Assembly: GCA_902761275.1 (NCBI GenBank)
Contig: CACWJS010000003.1
Span: forward strand, 1 to 59,735
Length of the DNA stretch: 59,735 nt
From: an uncultured bacterium
GTDB lineage: Bacteria > Verrucomicrobiota > Kiritimatiellia > RFP12 > UBA1067
Reading direction: 5' to 3'
Shown here: piece by piece, positions 38,502-47,551 of the stretch
How positions within the stretch are numbered: position 1 is the stretch's first letter
Layout of the letters: every line of letters begins with the position of its first letter
Made by a program: the position numbers and the translations under genes
The notes under the pieces: model-generated
The model's database searches: none
Told to the model about the DNA's origin: nothing
Seen by the model: only the letters and a program-made list of their open reading frames with translations

Positions 38502-39530
38502 ATGATAACTCAAACATCAATTAGCTACTACGGGCTCAACTACGTAGAACACGCCGAGGCGGACTTCAAGGAAATGAAGGCGCACGGCGTCACCCAGGTG
38601 ATTCTCGCAGTGACGGAGTTCGACTTCGACTTCTGGCGGCCGAACATCCCCGCCATCGTCGACAAGGCGCACGAGCTGGGGCTCCGCGTCCTCATCGACC
38701 CGTGGGGCAACGGCAAGTACTTTGGCGGCGAACAGGTCTCGAAGTTCCTTCAGGACAACGTCGAAAACCGCCAGGTCTCGGCCTTGACCGGCGAGAAGCT
38801 TCCCTACGCCTGCTTCAACACGAACAGCTATCGCGACTACTTCAAGAACTTCTGCACGACGCTCGCCCGCGAAGCGAAGCCCGACGGCTTCTTCTGGGAC
38901 GAGCCGCACTACGCCTTCCCGAAGGGCATCGCCTCCATCACTGGCGGCGTTGCGGACGACTGGACGTGCTATTGTCCCGTCTGCCGCAAGCGTTTCGAGG
39001 ACTACTATGGCTACCCGATGCCGCGCTACATGACGAACGACGTGAAGCAGTTCCGCTGGCGCGAGGCGCTCGTTGTCCTCTCCGAGACCTCGAAGGCGCT
39101 GAAGGAGATCGACCCGAAGCTGGAGATCACCTGCTGTGTCCACGCGACGCAGAACGGCTACTACGTCTCGGAGTATCGCGGCTACGACAATTGGGATATG
39201 GTTGGCGCGTGTCCTTATTTCGACGTGTTCTCGACGACGATCATCAACTGGGCGCTTCCCGAGGACTTCTTCCTCGACATCACGCGTCGCACGGTTGCCA
39301 TCGCCAAGAAGTACGGCAAGCAGTCCGAGCGCTGGCTAATGGGCTACTACAAGCAGCCGAAGGACTGGAACCAGGTTGCACGCTGGGTCGACCTCGCCGC
39401 CAAGGAGGGCGTTGACCGCCTTGCCGCCTGGACGTACCGCGGTGGCTACGGCACGGTCGTCGGCGCGCCCGATGCGCTTAAACTCTGGGATACAATTGGT
39501 GAGAACTATAGGAGGGTATTGGGGATTTAA
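38502..39530 (+). CDS. putative TIM-barrel glycoside hydrolase-like protein
   Basis: DGFFWDEPHY and CYCPVC motifs reminiscent of GH42-like barrels; no signal peptide. Confidence 0.6.
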   Translation: MITQTSISYYGLNYVEHAEADFKEMKAHGVTQVILAVTEFDFDFWRPNIPAIVDKAHELGLRVLIDPWGNGKYFGGEQVSKFLQDNVENRQVSALTGEKLPYACFNTNSYRDYFKNFCTTLAREAKPDGFFWDEPHYAFPKGIASITGGVADDWTCYCPVCRKRFEDYYGYPMPRYMTNDVKQFRWREALVVLSETSKALKEIDPKLEITCCVHATQNGYYVSEYRGYDNWDMVGACPYFDVFSTTIINWALPEDFFLDITRRTVAIAKKYGKQSERWLMGYYKQPKDWNQVARWVDLAAKEGVDRLAAWTYRGGYGTVVGAPDALKLWDTIGENYRRVLGI

Positions 39531-39592
39531 GCTTGGAGCTTAGAGCTGAGAGCTTAGAGCTTGGAGCTGAGAGCTTAGAGCTTGGAGCGGGG
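39530..39592 (+). repeat. heptamer array 3 (~9 units)
   Basis: Starts inside the TAA stop. Confidence 0.95.
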
Positions 39593-39600
39593 AGATTGGA

Positions 39601-40302
39601 ATGTCGGAATATTTGGAGAGAATTGTAGATGTCCTGCAGAGGGTTGAAGCGGAAGAGGCGGCGGCGCTTTCTTCTGCTTCGGACGCCGTTGCTGACGTAA
39701 TCTGCCGCGACGGAATCATCCATGTCTTCGGCTGCGGTCACTCCCATCTGCCTGCGCTTGACGCGTTCTATCGCGCTGGCGGGCTTGCATGTGTGTCGCC
39801 AGTCCTTGACGTTGACCTTATGCTGCATGACGGCGCGGCGAAGTCGAGCCGGATGGAGAAGATGCCGGGGATCGCGTCGGAAGTATATCGCCGCCACGGC
39901 GTGAAACAGGGCGACCTGTTCGTCGTCATATCGGCGAGCGGCAAGAACGCCGCGCCTGTGGAGATGCTTCGCGCCGCGAAGGCGGCAGGGGTAAAGACTG
40001 TAGCCGTTTCCTCGTCGGCGTACAAGCCGCATGGCGGTGTACTTCTGGACGAGGCGGACATTGCTGTCGATTGCAAAGTGCCGCATGGCGACGCAGTGAT
40101 CGACGTAGGCGAGGCAAAGATGGGCGGGCTTTCGACGTATGCCTCGCTTTTCATACTCAACACTGCGCTGATCGAAGGTGCGAAGAAGGCACTCGCGAGA
40201 GGCGTAACGCCGCCAGTCTACACGAGCGGCAACGTAGACGGCGGAACGGCGCGCAATGTCGCGCTGGAAGAGCGGTACTTCGGGAGGGTTAAGCATTTGT
40301 AG
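39601..40302 (+). CDS. SIS-domain sugar-phosphate isomerase-like protein
   Basis: FGCGHSH, YRAGGL, ISASGKN, SGNVDGG. Confidence 0.9.
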   Translation: MSEYLERIVDVLQRVEAEEAAALSSASDAVADVICRDGIIHVFGCGHSHLPALDAFYRAGGLACVSPVLDVDLMLHDGAAKSSRMEKMPGIASEVYRRHGVKQGDLFVVISASGKNAAPVEMLRAAKAAGVKTVAVSSSAYKPHGGVLLDEADIAVDCKVPHGDAVIDVGEAKMGGLSTYASLFILNTALIEGAKKALARGVTPPVYTSGNVDGGTARNVALEERYFGRVKHL

Positions 40303-40433
40303 CTTAGAGCTTGGAGCTTAGAGCTTGGAGCTTGGAGCTTAGAGCTTGGAGCTTAGAGCTTGGAGCTTAGAGCTTAGAGCTTGGAGCTTGGAGCTTAGAG
40401 CTTAGAGCTTAGAGCTTGGAGCTGGGAGCTTAG
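40301..40433 (+). repeat. heptamer array 4 (19 units)
   Basis: AGCTT(A/G)G repeats starting inside the TAG stop. Confidence 0.97.
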
Positions 40434-40434
40434 A

Positions 40435-41283
40435 GTGGGAGAGAATGTGGAAAAGAAACGCGTTAAGATAGCTGTGGTCGGCATGGTCGGCAAGTCCGTC
40501 TTCATGGAAGTCGAACGCTTCCACGAGGGTGGCGAGACTGTCATGGCTAGGTCGTGCCACGAAGATTGGGGCGGGAAGGGCTTCAACCAGGCCGTCGCGG
40601 CCGCGCGCCAGGATGCCGACGTTGCGTTTCTGGGCGCATGTGCGGAAAGAGACCGCGCGGCCATACTGTCTGACTTGGCTGGCGAGGCCGGCCTTTCGCT
40701 TAAGTTAGTTGGTCGCGACATCAACTCGGCGCTCGCGACGATCATTACCGACACGGCTGGGGCAACGCAGGTGACCTGCTGCGCAGGCGCGGAACTTGAG
40801 CCGGCCGACGTAGACGCGTTTGTCGACGAGATTGCATCCGCCGACATTCTTCTGCTGAGCAATGAGGTGCCGGAATCCGTAAACCTGCGCGCTTCCGAGA
40901 TAGCGGAGCAAAGGGGCGTAAGAATCGTGATGAACCCTGCGCCGTCGCGTCCGCTGCCAGACGTGCTGAAGCGTCGTGTCTCGCTCTTCACGCCAAACGA
41001 GTTCGAGACGGCGGGTCTTGGAGATGCCCCTGGCGAGGTGGTGACGACGCTTGGCGAGAAGGGCTGCCGCATCCGCTCGACTGGCGAGGTTGTCCCGCCT
41101 GCTCCCAGCGTCAAGGCGGTCGACGCCACTGGCGCGGGCGACACGTTCAACGGCGTTCTCGCGGTGCGCATTGCGGAAGGCGCGCCGCTTGCCGAAGCCT
41201 GTCGCGCCGCGAACGATGCGGCGGCCAAAGAGGTGTCTGTCCGCTACGTCTTGCCTGCTATACCGTATCGTAGAAGATCATGA
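40435..41283 (+). CDS. PfkB/ribokinase-family sugar kinase (start uncertain)
   Basis: GGKGFNQAVAA, NPAP, TPNEFE, DATGAGDTF. Confidence 0.9.
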   Translation: MGENVEKKRVKIAVVGMVGKSVFMEVERFHEGGETVMARSCHEDWGGKGFNQAVAAARQDADVAFLGACAERDRAAILSDLAGEAGLSLKLVGRDINSALATIITDTAGATQVTCCAGAELEPADVDAFVDEIASADILLLSNEVPESVNLRASEIAEQRGVRIVMNPAPSRPLPDVLKRRVSLFTPNEFETAGLGDAPGEVVTTLGEKGCRIRSTGEVVPPAPSVKAVDATGAGDTFNGVLAVRIAEGAPLAEACRAANDAAAKEVSVRYVLPAIPYRRRS

Positions 41284-41301
41284 ACATATTGGAGACTGTC
41301 T

Positions 41302-42849
41302 ATGCACAATGCAATTAAACTCGCTGCGGTTTGCACCGCTCTTCTGCCGTTCGCCGCGTTCGCCGGGAATAAGGCGAATCCCGACGCAATAGAACTTGCG
41401 CCGTTGCCCATGCCGGTGCAGTTCAAGGCCGACATAGACAAGCCGGTAGCTTTCGACGCATCCACGACGGTCGCTCTTGAATGTCCCGACGCCAAAGGCG
41501 CGGAATGGCTCGCCGTTCATTTCAGGGAATGGTACGGAGACCAGTCGCCGAAGGTCGTTGCCTCCAACCTTTCAACCTTTCAACCTTTCAACCTTTCAAC
41601 CTCCCCGGAGGCCTATTCCATGGCATCCGGCGTGTCGGGAGTCAAGATTGCTGCTCGCACTCTTGCGGGCATTAGGTGGGCGGCGTACACATTGCGGCAG
41701 CTCGCCATTGCGAAGCGCGGCACGTTCAAGACCGAGGGACGCATACTGCCGACGCTGGAGATTTCTGACTCTCCGCACCTCGCGTTCCGCGCAGTCCATC
41801 TCTGCTGGTTCCCCGAGGTCAGGCCGCAGCAGATGGAACGCGCGATTCGCCTCGCGGCGCTTCTCAAGTTCAACTACGCGATCATCGAGCCGTGGGGCAT
41901 GTACGCGAGCGAGAAGCATCCGTGGTGGCATTGGCCGAATCCGACGATGACGAAGGAGGAGGTGCGTCGTCTCGCGGCGATAGGACGCGACCTCGGCATC
42001 ACGCTCATCCCGCAGATCAACGCGTTCGGGCACGCCTCGTCGTCGCGCGGCTGCACGCTTAAGCACATGGTGCTTGACCTCTCCCCAGAATACGAGCCGC
42101 TGTTCGAGCCGGGCGGGTGGAACTGGTGTCTTACCAACCCCGAGACACAGCGGGTGCTACGCGAGCTGATTGCCGAGATGCACGAGGATTTCGGCAATCC
42201 ACCGTTCTTCCACCTCGGATGCGACGAGGCGCAGCCGCCGACGTGTCCGGAGTGCCGCAAGCGGCCGTACGGCGAACTCGTCTGCGAGCACATCGTCGGT
42301 CTCGCCGACTTCGTCAAGTCACGCGGCGCGAGGGCGATGATCTGGCACGACATGCTGCTTGAGAAGGGCGATCCTCGCTGGAAGGGCTTTGTTCACTTTG
42401 GCTCGAAGACGACTGCGACGCTCGCAGACACGCTTTCCAAGGACGTGATCATCTGCGACTGGCAGTATTCCTACGGCAACATGAAGGAAGCTCGCGGCGA
42501 TTGGCCGACGATGGGCTATTTCAAGGAGAAGGGCTTTGCCGTCGCAGGATGCCCGTGGATGAACTACAACTCGATGAAACCGATGGCCGACTACATCGCC
42601 AAGATCGGCGGTTTCGGTTTCATTGAGACGACGTGGCACCATTTGCGCGGCGACGACTGGATCAACATGTACAGATACGCCTCGGCCGCCGCGTGGGGGA
42701 CTTCCGTTCCGCAGACTCCGCCGATGTACAACACCCCGTTCGGCAATGCCCTGCGTCTCGTAGGACACGACATGAAGACGACGGACTATCTTGACACGGG
42801 TCACCTCAACTACCAGGTGCCGCCGGGATGGTGGGTGGATAACAATTAG
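41302..42849 (+). CDS. GH20 beta-N-acetylhexosaminidase-like protein, secreted
   Basis: Signal peptide; ISDSPHLAFRAVH; HLGCDE catalytic motif; IWHDM. Confidence 0.88.
   Translation: MHNAIKLAAVCTALLPFAAFAGNKANPDAIELAPLPMPVQFKADIDKPVAFDASTTVALECPDAKGAEWLAVHFREWYGDQSPKVVASNLSTFQPFNLSTSPEAYSMASGVSGVKIAARTLAGIRWAAYTLRQLAIAKRGTFKTEGRILPTLEISDSPHLAFRAVHLCWFPEVRPQQMERAIRLAALLKFNYAIIEPWGMYASEKHPWWHWPNPTMTKEEVRRLAAIGRDLGITLIPQINAFGHASSSRGCTLKHMVLDLSPEYEPLFEPGGWNWCLTNPETQRVLRELIAEMHEDFGNPPFFHLGCDEAQPPTCPECRKRPYGELVCEHIVGLADFVKSRGARAMIWHDMLLEKGDPRWKGFVHFGSKTTATLADTLSKDVIICDWQYSYGNMKEARGDWPTMGYFKEKGFAVAGCPWMNYNSMKPMADYIAKIGGFGFIETTWHHLRGDDWINMYRYASAAAWGTSVPQTPPMYNTPFGNALRLVGHDMKTTDYLDTGHLNYQVPPGWWVDNN
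41563..41602 (+). repeat. in-frame TTCAACCT x5 inside the GH20 gene
   Basis: Translated SNLSTFQPFNLST. Confidence 0.92.
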
Positions 42850-42903
42850 CTTGGAGCTTAGAGCTGAGAGCTTGGAGCGTAGAGCTGAGAGCTTGGAGCT
42901 GGG
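42848..42903 (+). repeat. heptamer array 5 (8 units)
   Basis: Starts inside the TAG stop. Confidence 0.95.
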
Positions 42904-42941
42904 GAATTTCTGATTGGGAAATTAAAACTGAAAGAGAGAAC

Positions 42942-43694
42942 ATGAACATAAAGAAGATGAACAAGGGGCTCGACTTCCTGCGCGAGAAGTACGGAGCCAA
43001 GAATGGTGTGATAACCATCAAGGACGGGCATTGCTTCGTCGGAGCGACGCCGCTTTTGCCCGGGCGCATGGAGCGCAAGATCGTGGAACTCAAGAAGATG
43101 ACCGAGAACGGCACGCTCGAGGGCGTCTCGACTCTGCGCTTTGCGTCGTTTGCGTCGAAGGGCGTTAGTTTGGAGGCGATGCTCGCGAAGGAACTTGACC
43201 TCGCCGCGTATCTCGGCGCGTCCGACGTGGTGCGCGTGATGGCCGTTGCAAACGGCCCTGCAATCAACGTCCTCGCCAAGCTTGCCAATGACGTGAATGT
43301 ATCCGTCGAAATCGGCGCAGGGCTTCCGAAGGGCGAAGCCGGATATGACCGCCACGAGATTATCGCGAAGCGCGGCGTTGCCTGCGACCAGACGGTTGAC
43401 ACCCACACCAAGCATGAGTCAATCCGTTGCTGGGGGTCGGACGGCATGGAGGAATATACCGACGTCGATACCGAACTCTTCGGGCTTTCCTACGATGAGA
43501 TCTGGAATGTCCGCGCGGCATTCGCGCTTCTTCAGGGGCGCGCCGACGCGAAGGTCTGGAAGGCCGCTTGGGCGAAGGCAACGAAGGCCGCCAAGCTCGC
43601 GTTCGCAGCTGACAAGTCGAAGGCGGCGAAGACCATCGCCGTAAAGAAGGGCCTTGACACCAACCAGTCGATAAAGGTTGCAGAAGTCAGATAA
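42942..43694 (+). CDS. hypothetical protein resembling a Gfo/Idh/MocA C-terminal domain without the Rossmann fold
   Basis: ELKKMTENGTLEGV and ELDLAAYLGASDVVRVMA resemble the family's C-terminal half. Confidence 0.55.
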   Translation: MNIKKMNKGLDFLREKYGAKNGVITIKDGHCFVGATPLLPGRMERKIVELKKMTENGTLEGVSTLRFASFASKGVSLEAMLAKELDLAAYLGASDVVRVMAVANGPAINVLAKLANDVNVSVEIGAGLPKGEAGYDRHEIIAKRGVACDQTVDTHTKHESIRCWGSDGMEEYTDVDTELFGLSYDEIWNVRAAFALLQGRADAKVWKAAWAKATKAAKLAFAADKSKAAKTIAVKKGLDTNQSIKVAEVR

Positions 43695-43779
43695 AGTTGA
43701 AGTGTAGAGTTCAAGTTCGAGAAAGAAAGATTCCACTCTCCAACTCCAACTCAAAACTCCAACTCGTCTCAATCCTGTC
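43695..43779. repeat. intergenic AGTTGA/CTCCAA hairpin element
   Basis: Shares 36 nt with 11174-11209; begins right after the TAA stop. Confidence 0.8.
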
Positions 43780-43800
43780 AAAAAAGAAAGACAATATTTT

Positions 43801-44883
43801 ATGAAACCTGTAAAAATCGCGATGATGGGCATGACCCACGGCCATACCCGCAAGTACTACCAGACGCTTCTCGACAACCAGAAGCTCGACTGGGTCGCTT
43901 CTTGCGCCCAGGACAAGGACGCCAAGAAGACCTACGAGCTATACAAGACTGGCGTTCCCTGCTACCTCGATCCCGAGGAGATGTATCGGGAGCATCCTGA
44001 CATCGAAGCCGTCGTCATCGCCTCGGCGAACGACCGCCACTTCGAGCAGATGAAGTGGTGCGCCGAGAAGGGCATCCACATCCTCTCGATGAAGATCCCG
44101 ACCTTCGACATGAAGGAGTACGACGAGATGATCGCCATGTGCGACAAGGCGGGCATTGTTTGCCAGATCGAGCTCGAGATGCACTACAACTCCGTCGTGC
44201 GCCGTTTGGAGAAGCTTGTGAAGGAAGGTGCCATCGGGAAGATAAAATCCGTACAGGCTACGAACATCACACTTTCGCCGGTGTGGGCGTTTCCGTGGCA
44301 GGGCGACCCGCAGGCGAGCTTTGGCAAGGTCGAGCACCTCAAGAAGGGCGACCCGCGTTACAAAGGCGGCGCTCTTTGCGACCACCCGCATATCTTTGAC
44401 CTTATCCGCCATCTGACCGGCAGCAGCTTCGACTACATCTACGCCGAAGTCGCGCCGAACCTGCGCGACGGGCTGAAGGTCGAGGACATGCTCATGGCCG
44501 TCGGCAAGATGAAGGACGGCACGGCATTCCTCTTCGATCCCTCCTGGAGTCGCCTCGAGGAGAAGCTCGCGGTGCCCGGTCCGGGCTGGGAGCGCTTCCC
44601 CAAGCGCATGGAGGTGAATCTCACCATCACCGGCGACCGTGGCGCGATCTCCTGCGACTGCTTCGGTCCGAACGTCTACCACAACGGCGCGCCGAATGAC
44701 CGCTACACCGTCCAGTACACGTACTTCGACGAGTGGGTTGGGCTCATCGACGAGTTCGTTGACTGCATCCGCAACCACAAGACGCCGCTCATCAACCTCA
44801 GGTGGCACAAGGAGACTATCCAGGCGATGCTCGGCTGCTACGAGTCGATTCAGACTGGCAAGATCGCAAGAGTGGGAGGGTAG
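43801..44883 (+). CDS. Gfo/Idh/MocA oxidoreductase
   Basis: KIAMMGMTHGH, IEAVVIAS..DRH, GGALCDHPHIFDL. Confidence 0.9.
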   Translation: MKPVKIAMMGMTHGHTRKYYQTLLDNQKLDWVASCAQDKDAKKTYELYKTGVPCYLDPEEMYREHPDIEAVVIASANDRHFEQMKWCAEKGIHILSMKIPTFDMKEYDEMIAMCDKAGIVCQIELEMHYNSVVRRLEKLVKEGAIGKIKSVQATNITLSPVWAFPWQGDPQASFGKVEHLKKGDPRYKGGALCDHPHIFDLIRHLTGSSFDYIYAEVAPNLRDGLKVEDMLMAVGKMKDGTAFLFDPSWSRLEEKLAVPGPGWERFPKRMEVNLTITGDRGAISCDCFGPNVYHNGAPNDRYTVQYTYFDEWVGLIDEFVDCIRNHKTPLINLRWHKETIQAMLGCYESIQTGKIARVGG

Positions 44884-44968
44884 AGCTTGGCTTGTCCGCC
44901 GTAGCTCCGTTAGAAGCGAAGGCGGAAGCTTAGAGCTTAGAGCTTGGAGCTTTGAGCTTAGCGCTGAA
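44884..44968 (+). repeat. heptamer array 6, interrupted by a REP-like palindrome
   Basis: agcttgg + TCCGCCGTAGCT-N8-AGCGAAGGCGGA + 5 more units. Confidence 0.88.
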
Positions 44969-45045
44969 AGATTTTTTCGGAAAAAGTGCGGAAGATGCAC
45001 CTTTACCTTGCGGCGGGAAAGAGCCGCCAGAAGGGAAGGTGCAAT

Positions 45046-46707
45046 ATGAACGACGACAAATATACTGAAAAAGGATTCTTCCGCAGGCTTTTTGAAATGT
45101 TTCAAGGCCTCAGGATGCCTCGAGACACGCGCGAATACAAACTTGCCAGGATTGAACTCCAGCGTCTTTCCGCGCCGCTCACGGCGATTGTCGTGCCTAC
45201 GCTGTTCGTTATAGTCCTTTGTGTCGTGACGGCTGTTTCGTCTAAGCCGAGGGAGTCGTTTCCCATTGACATTCCGCCAATCGATGACGATCCCGTGGAT
45301 CTGACTCCGCCCGACGAGCCAGACACGCCAGACGACGTCGTTCCACCCGAAGAGATCGAAATCACTGTCGACACTCCGACTCCTCCTGCGCCGTTTACGC
45401 CATTGCCGCCTACGCCTATCAATACACCTTCGACGGATGTTACCGTGAAGCCCGCGTCTATTGACGCAGTGATGAACATCAAGTCGCCTGTGACGATGAA
45501 AGATATAACTGGGGGGCGTGACCCGGGTAGAATCGGGGCGGTGACATCTGGCAAGTCGCAGGGCGGCGGCGATCCGCATACGGAGGCGACGGTGATGAAG
45601 GTTCTTTGGTGGCTTAAGGCGCACCAGAACACCGACGGCAGCTGGGGCAGTGCAAACAAGGTTGCGAACACCGCCCTTGCCGTGCTGACTTACCTCGCTC
45701 ATGGCGAATATCCGGGAAATCGTCTCTCGCCCTATACGCGCGACTTCGGCCCTACTGTGCAATCTGCGCTTGACTATCTCGTCGCCAGCATCTACGTCGG
45801 CAAAGACAACCTTCCCCACTTCCAGGGTACGGACGGCAACGAGTACAGCTTCCTCATCGGCACCTACGCGCTTTGCGAGGCGTTCGCCATGACGAAGAAC
45901 CCCAACTGCAAGGAGGCGGCTACGACGTGCCTCGGCCGCATCATCGAGAACCAGTCCACGACAGGCGGCTGGGACTACAAGCTCAACAGGAACTCGACAC
46001 GCGATGACCTTTCCTTCGCGGGTTGGGCTATCCAGGCGCTCAAGGCGGGCAAGATGGCCGGTCTCCACCACGAGGGGATGCAGACAGCGATCAACAAGGC
46101 GGTGAACTGCCTCAAGAAGCGCGGCTACTCGAAGTCCGGCGGCTTCACCTACACGCCGACGGCGAACAACAACGGCGGCAACACCGGACTCGCCGGCGTC
46201 GGCACGCTCGCAATGCAGTTCCTTGGGCGCGGCACTGAGCCCGAGGCATTGAACGCGCTCGAAGTGATGCGCGACTGGGTGCCCGCGTTCGAGGCGGACA
46301 AGCTATCCGAAAGGAAGCCCGGCGGCAGCCCCCAGTATTACTGCTACTACGCGACGCAGTGCAAGTATCAGGCAGGCATGAAGCCGGGCGCGACGAAGCA
46401 AGACGTCGATTCGTGGGTGAAATGGAATCTTGCGATGAGAAAGCTCTACCCGTCGTCGATCATCACCCTCCCCGAGAAGGTCGCAGACGTCAAAGGGAAG
46501 GAACACGCGCAGGGCTATTTCCAGAACGCCGACGCGCATTCGTCGCGCCCCTACATGGACACGTGCCTCGCGGCGCTCCAGCTGATGGTCTACTACCGCT
46601 ACCTCCCGACGACGTCCACGAAGGCAGGCGAGAACGACGCGGGCGAAGGCGATGGTGTCAAGGGCTTTGACAGCTCCAAGGACGTCACGGTCGTCGTCTC
46701 CTTGTGA
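45046..46707 (+). CDS. membrane-anchored prenyltransferase/squalene-oxidase-repeat protein
   Basis: TM helix, Pro/Asp linker, WLKAHQNTDGSWG, QSTTGGWDY, GGFTY repeats. Confidence 0.82.
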   Translation: MNDDKYTEKGFFRRLFEMFQGLRMPRDTREYKLARIELQRLSAPLTAIVVPTLFVIVLCVVTAVSSKPRESFPIDIPPIDDDPVDLTPPDEPDTPDDVVPPEEIEITVDTPTPPAPFTPLPPTPINTPSTDVTVKPASIDAVMNIKSPVTMKDITGGRDPGRIGAVTSGKSQGGGDPHTEATVMKVLWWLKAHQNTDGSWGSANKVANTALAVLTYLAHGEYPGNRLSPYTRDFGPTVQSALDYLVASIYVGKDNLPHFQGTDGNEYSFLIGTYALCEAFAMTKNPNCKEAATTCLGRIIENQSTTGGWDYKLNRNSTRDDLSFAGWAIQALKAGKMAGLHHEGMQTAINKAVNCLKKRGYSKSGGFTYTPTANNNGGNTGLAGVGTLAMQFLGRGTEPEALNALEVMRDWVPAFEADKLSERKPGGSPQYYCYYATQCKYQAGMKPGATKQDVDSWVKWNLAMRKLYPSSIITLPEKVADVKGKEHAQGYFQNADAHSSRPYMDTCLAALQLMVYYRYLPTTSTKAGENDAGEGDGVKGFDSSKDVTVVVSL

Positions 46708-46726
46708 AAATGGTATAATTAGGGCG

Positions 46727-47551
46727 ATGGGCGATGAGTTCACATGGAACGACCGGTATGCTGGCGACGAGGCGTGGACCGAATGGTTTGAAATCTGTTC
46801 GGTCGACCTCTGTCGCCCCGAGTTCGCCGCTCGGCTGCGCGAGCAGGTTTCCGCTGCGCTCTACTCTCGCCTCGCCCGCGCCGGAATCTCGCGCGAAGAT
46901 GCCGGAGGGGAAGATCCTGTCGCCTTTTTCGACTCGTACTTCAAGCTCAAGGGTTCGCGCGAGAAGAAGAAACCGCTCAAGTCCTACTTCGCCCACCGCA
47001 TCAAGGACGAAGGGCTCGAGATGGTCGACTTCGTCTGCGGCACTCTTTTCGGCTCGGGTTCGGGCCGTGTCCGCGACATCGCTCTCGACTGGATATCCGT
47101 TATCAAGGGCTGGAAGCCGCGCACTGTTGCTGGCGAGGACGGCCACCGCCGTCTCGTATGGGAGAACGCGGGCGACGAGAACCTTGCATCCGTCGAGCAG
47201 TCTGAAGAGCCGCAGTCGCTCGACTTCCTCGACGAAGAGCCGCTTCGCAATGACGCGGAGCGCGTCATCGTCGCAGTCGCGCAGCGCGCTCGGCTCGCGC
47301 AAGACGCTGCCTCGCTTCTCGTCTACGCCACTTCCCACGACATCTCGCTCACCGAGCCCTGCATACTCGCCGCGCTTGGCGCGGGAAAGTCGCAGGCCTA
47401 CGCCTTGCGGGAGAAGGTCGTCGCGGCGCTTGAACGGGAGCTTCGCGAAGTCGAGCTTGCGGACACGCCTCTTTTTGCGCGCGTCCTCGTTGCCGCGGCC
47501 GCGGCGCATTTGCCGCGCGACCTTCAAAAAGAACTGGGGGTGGAAGAATGA
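46727..47551 (+). CDS. hypothetical protein, possibly a divergent ECF-like sigma factor
   Basis: C-terminal ILAALGAGKSQAYALREKVVAALEREL resembles sigma region 4; -10 element 7 nt upstream. Confidence 0.5.
   Translation: MGDEFTWNDRYAGDEAWTEWFEICSVDLCRPEFAARLREQVSAALYSRLARAGISREDAGGEDPVAFFDSYFKLKGSREKKKPLKSYFAHRIKDEGLEMVDFVCGTLFGSGSGRVRDIALDWISVIKGWKPRTVAGEDGHRRLVWENAGDENLASVEQSEEPQSLDFLDEEPLRNDAERVIVAVAQRARLAQDAASLLVYATSHDISLTEPCILAALGAGKSQAYALREKVVAALERELREVELADTPLFARVLVAAAAAHLPRDLQKELGVEE

Noticed and set aside
37987-44968. Heptamer arrays as CRISPR
   Set aside because: 7 bp contiguous units with no unique spacers and no cas genes
43939-46071. Long antisense ORFs (also 16762-18549, 23110-25146, 53032-54669, 54659-56038)
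   Set aside because: Shadow frames of well-supported genes in GC-rich DNA; no motifs
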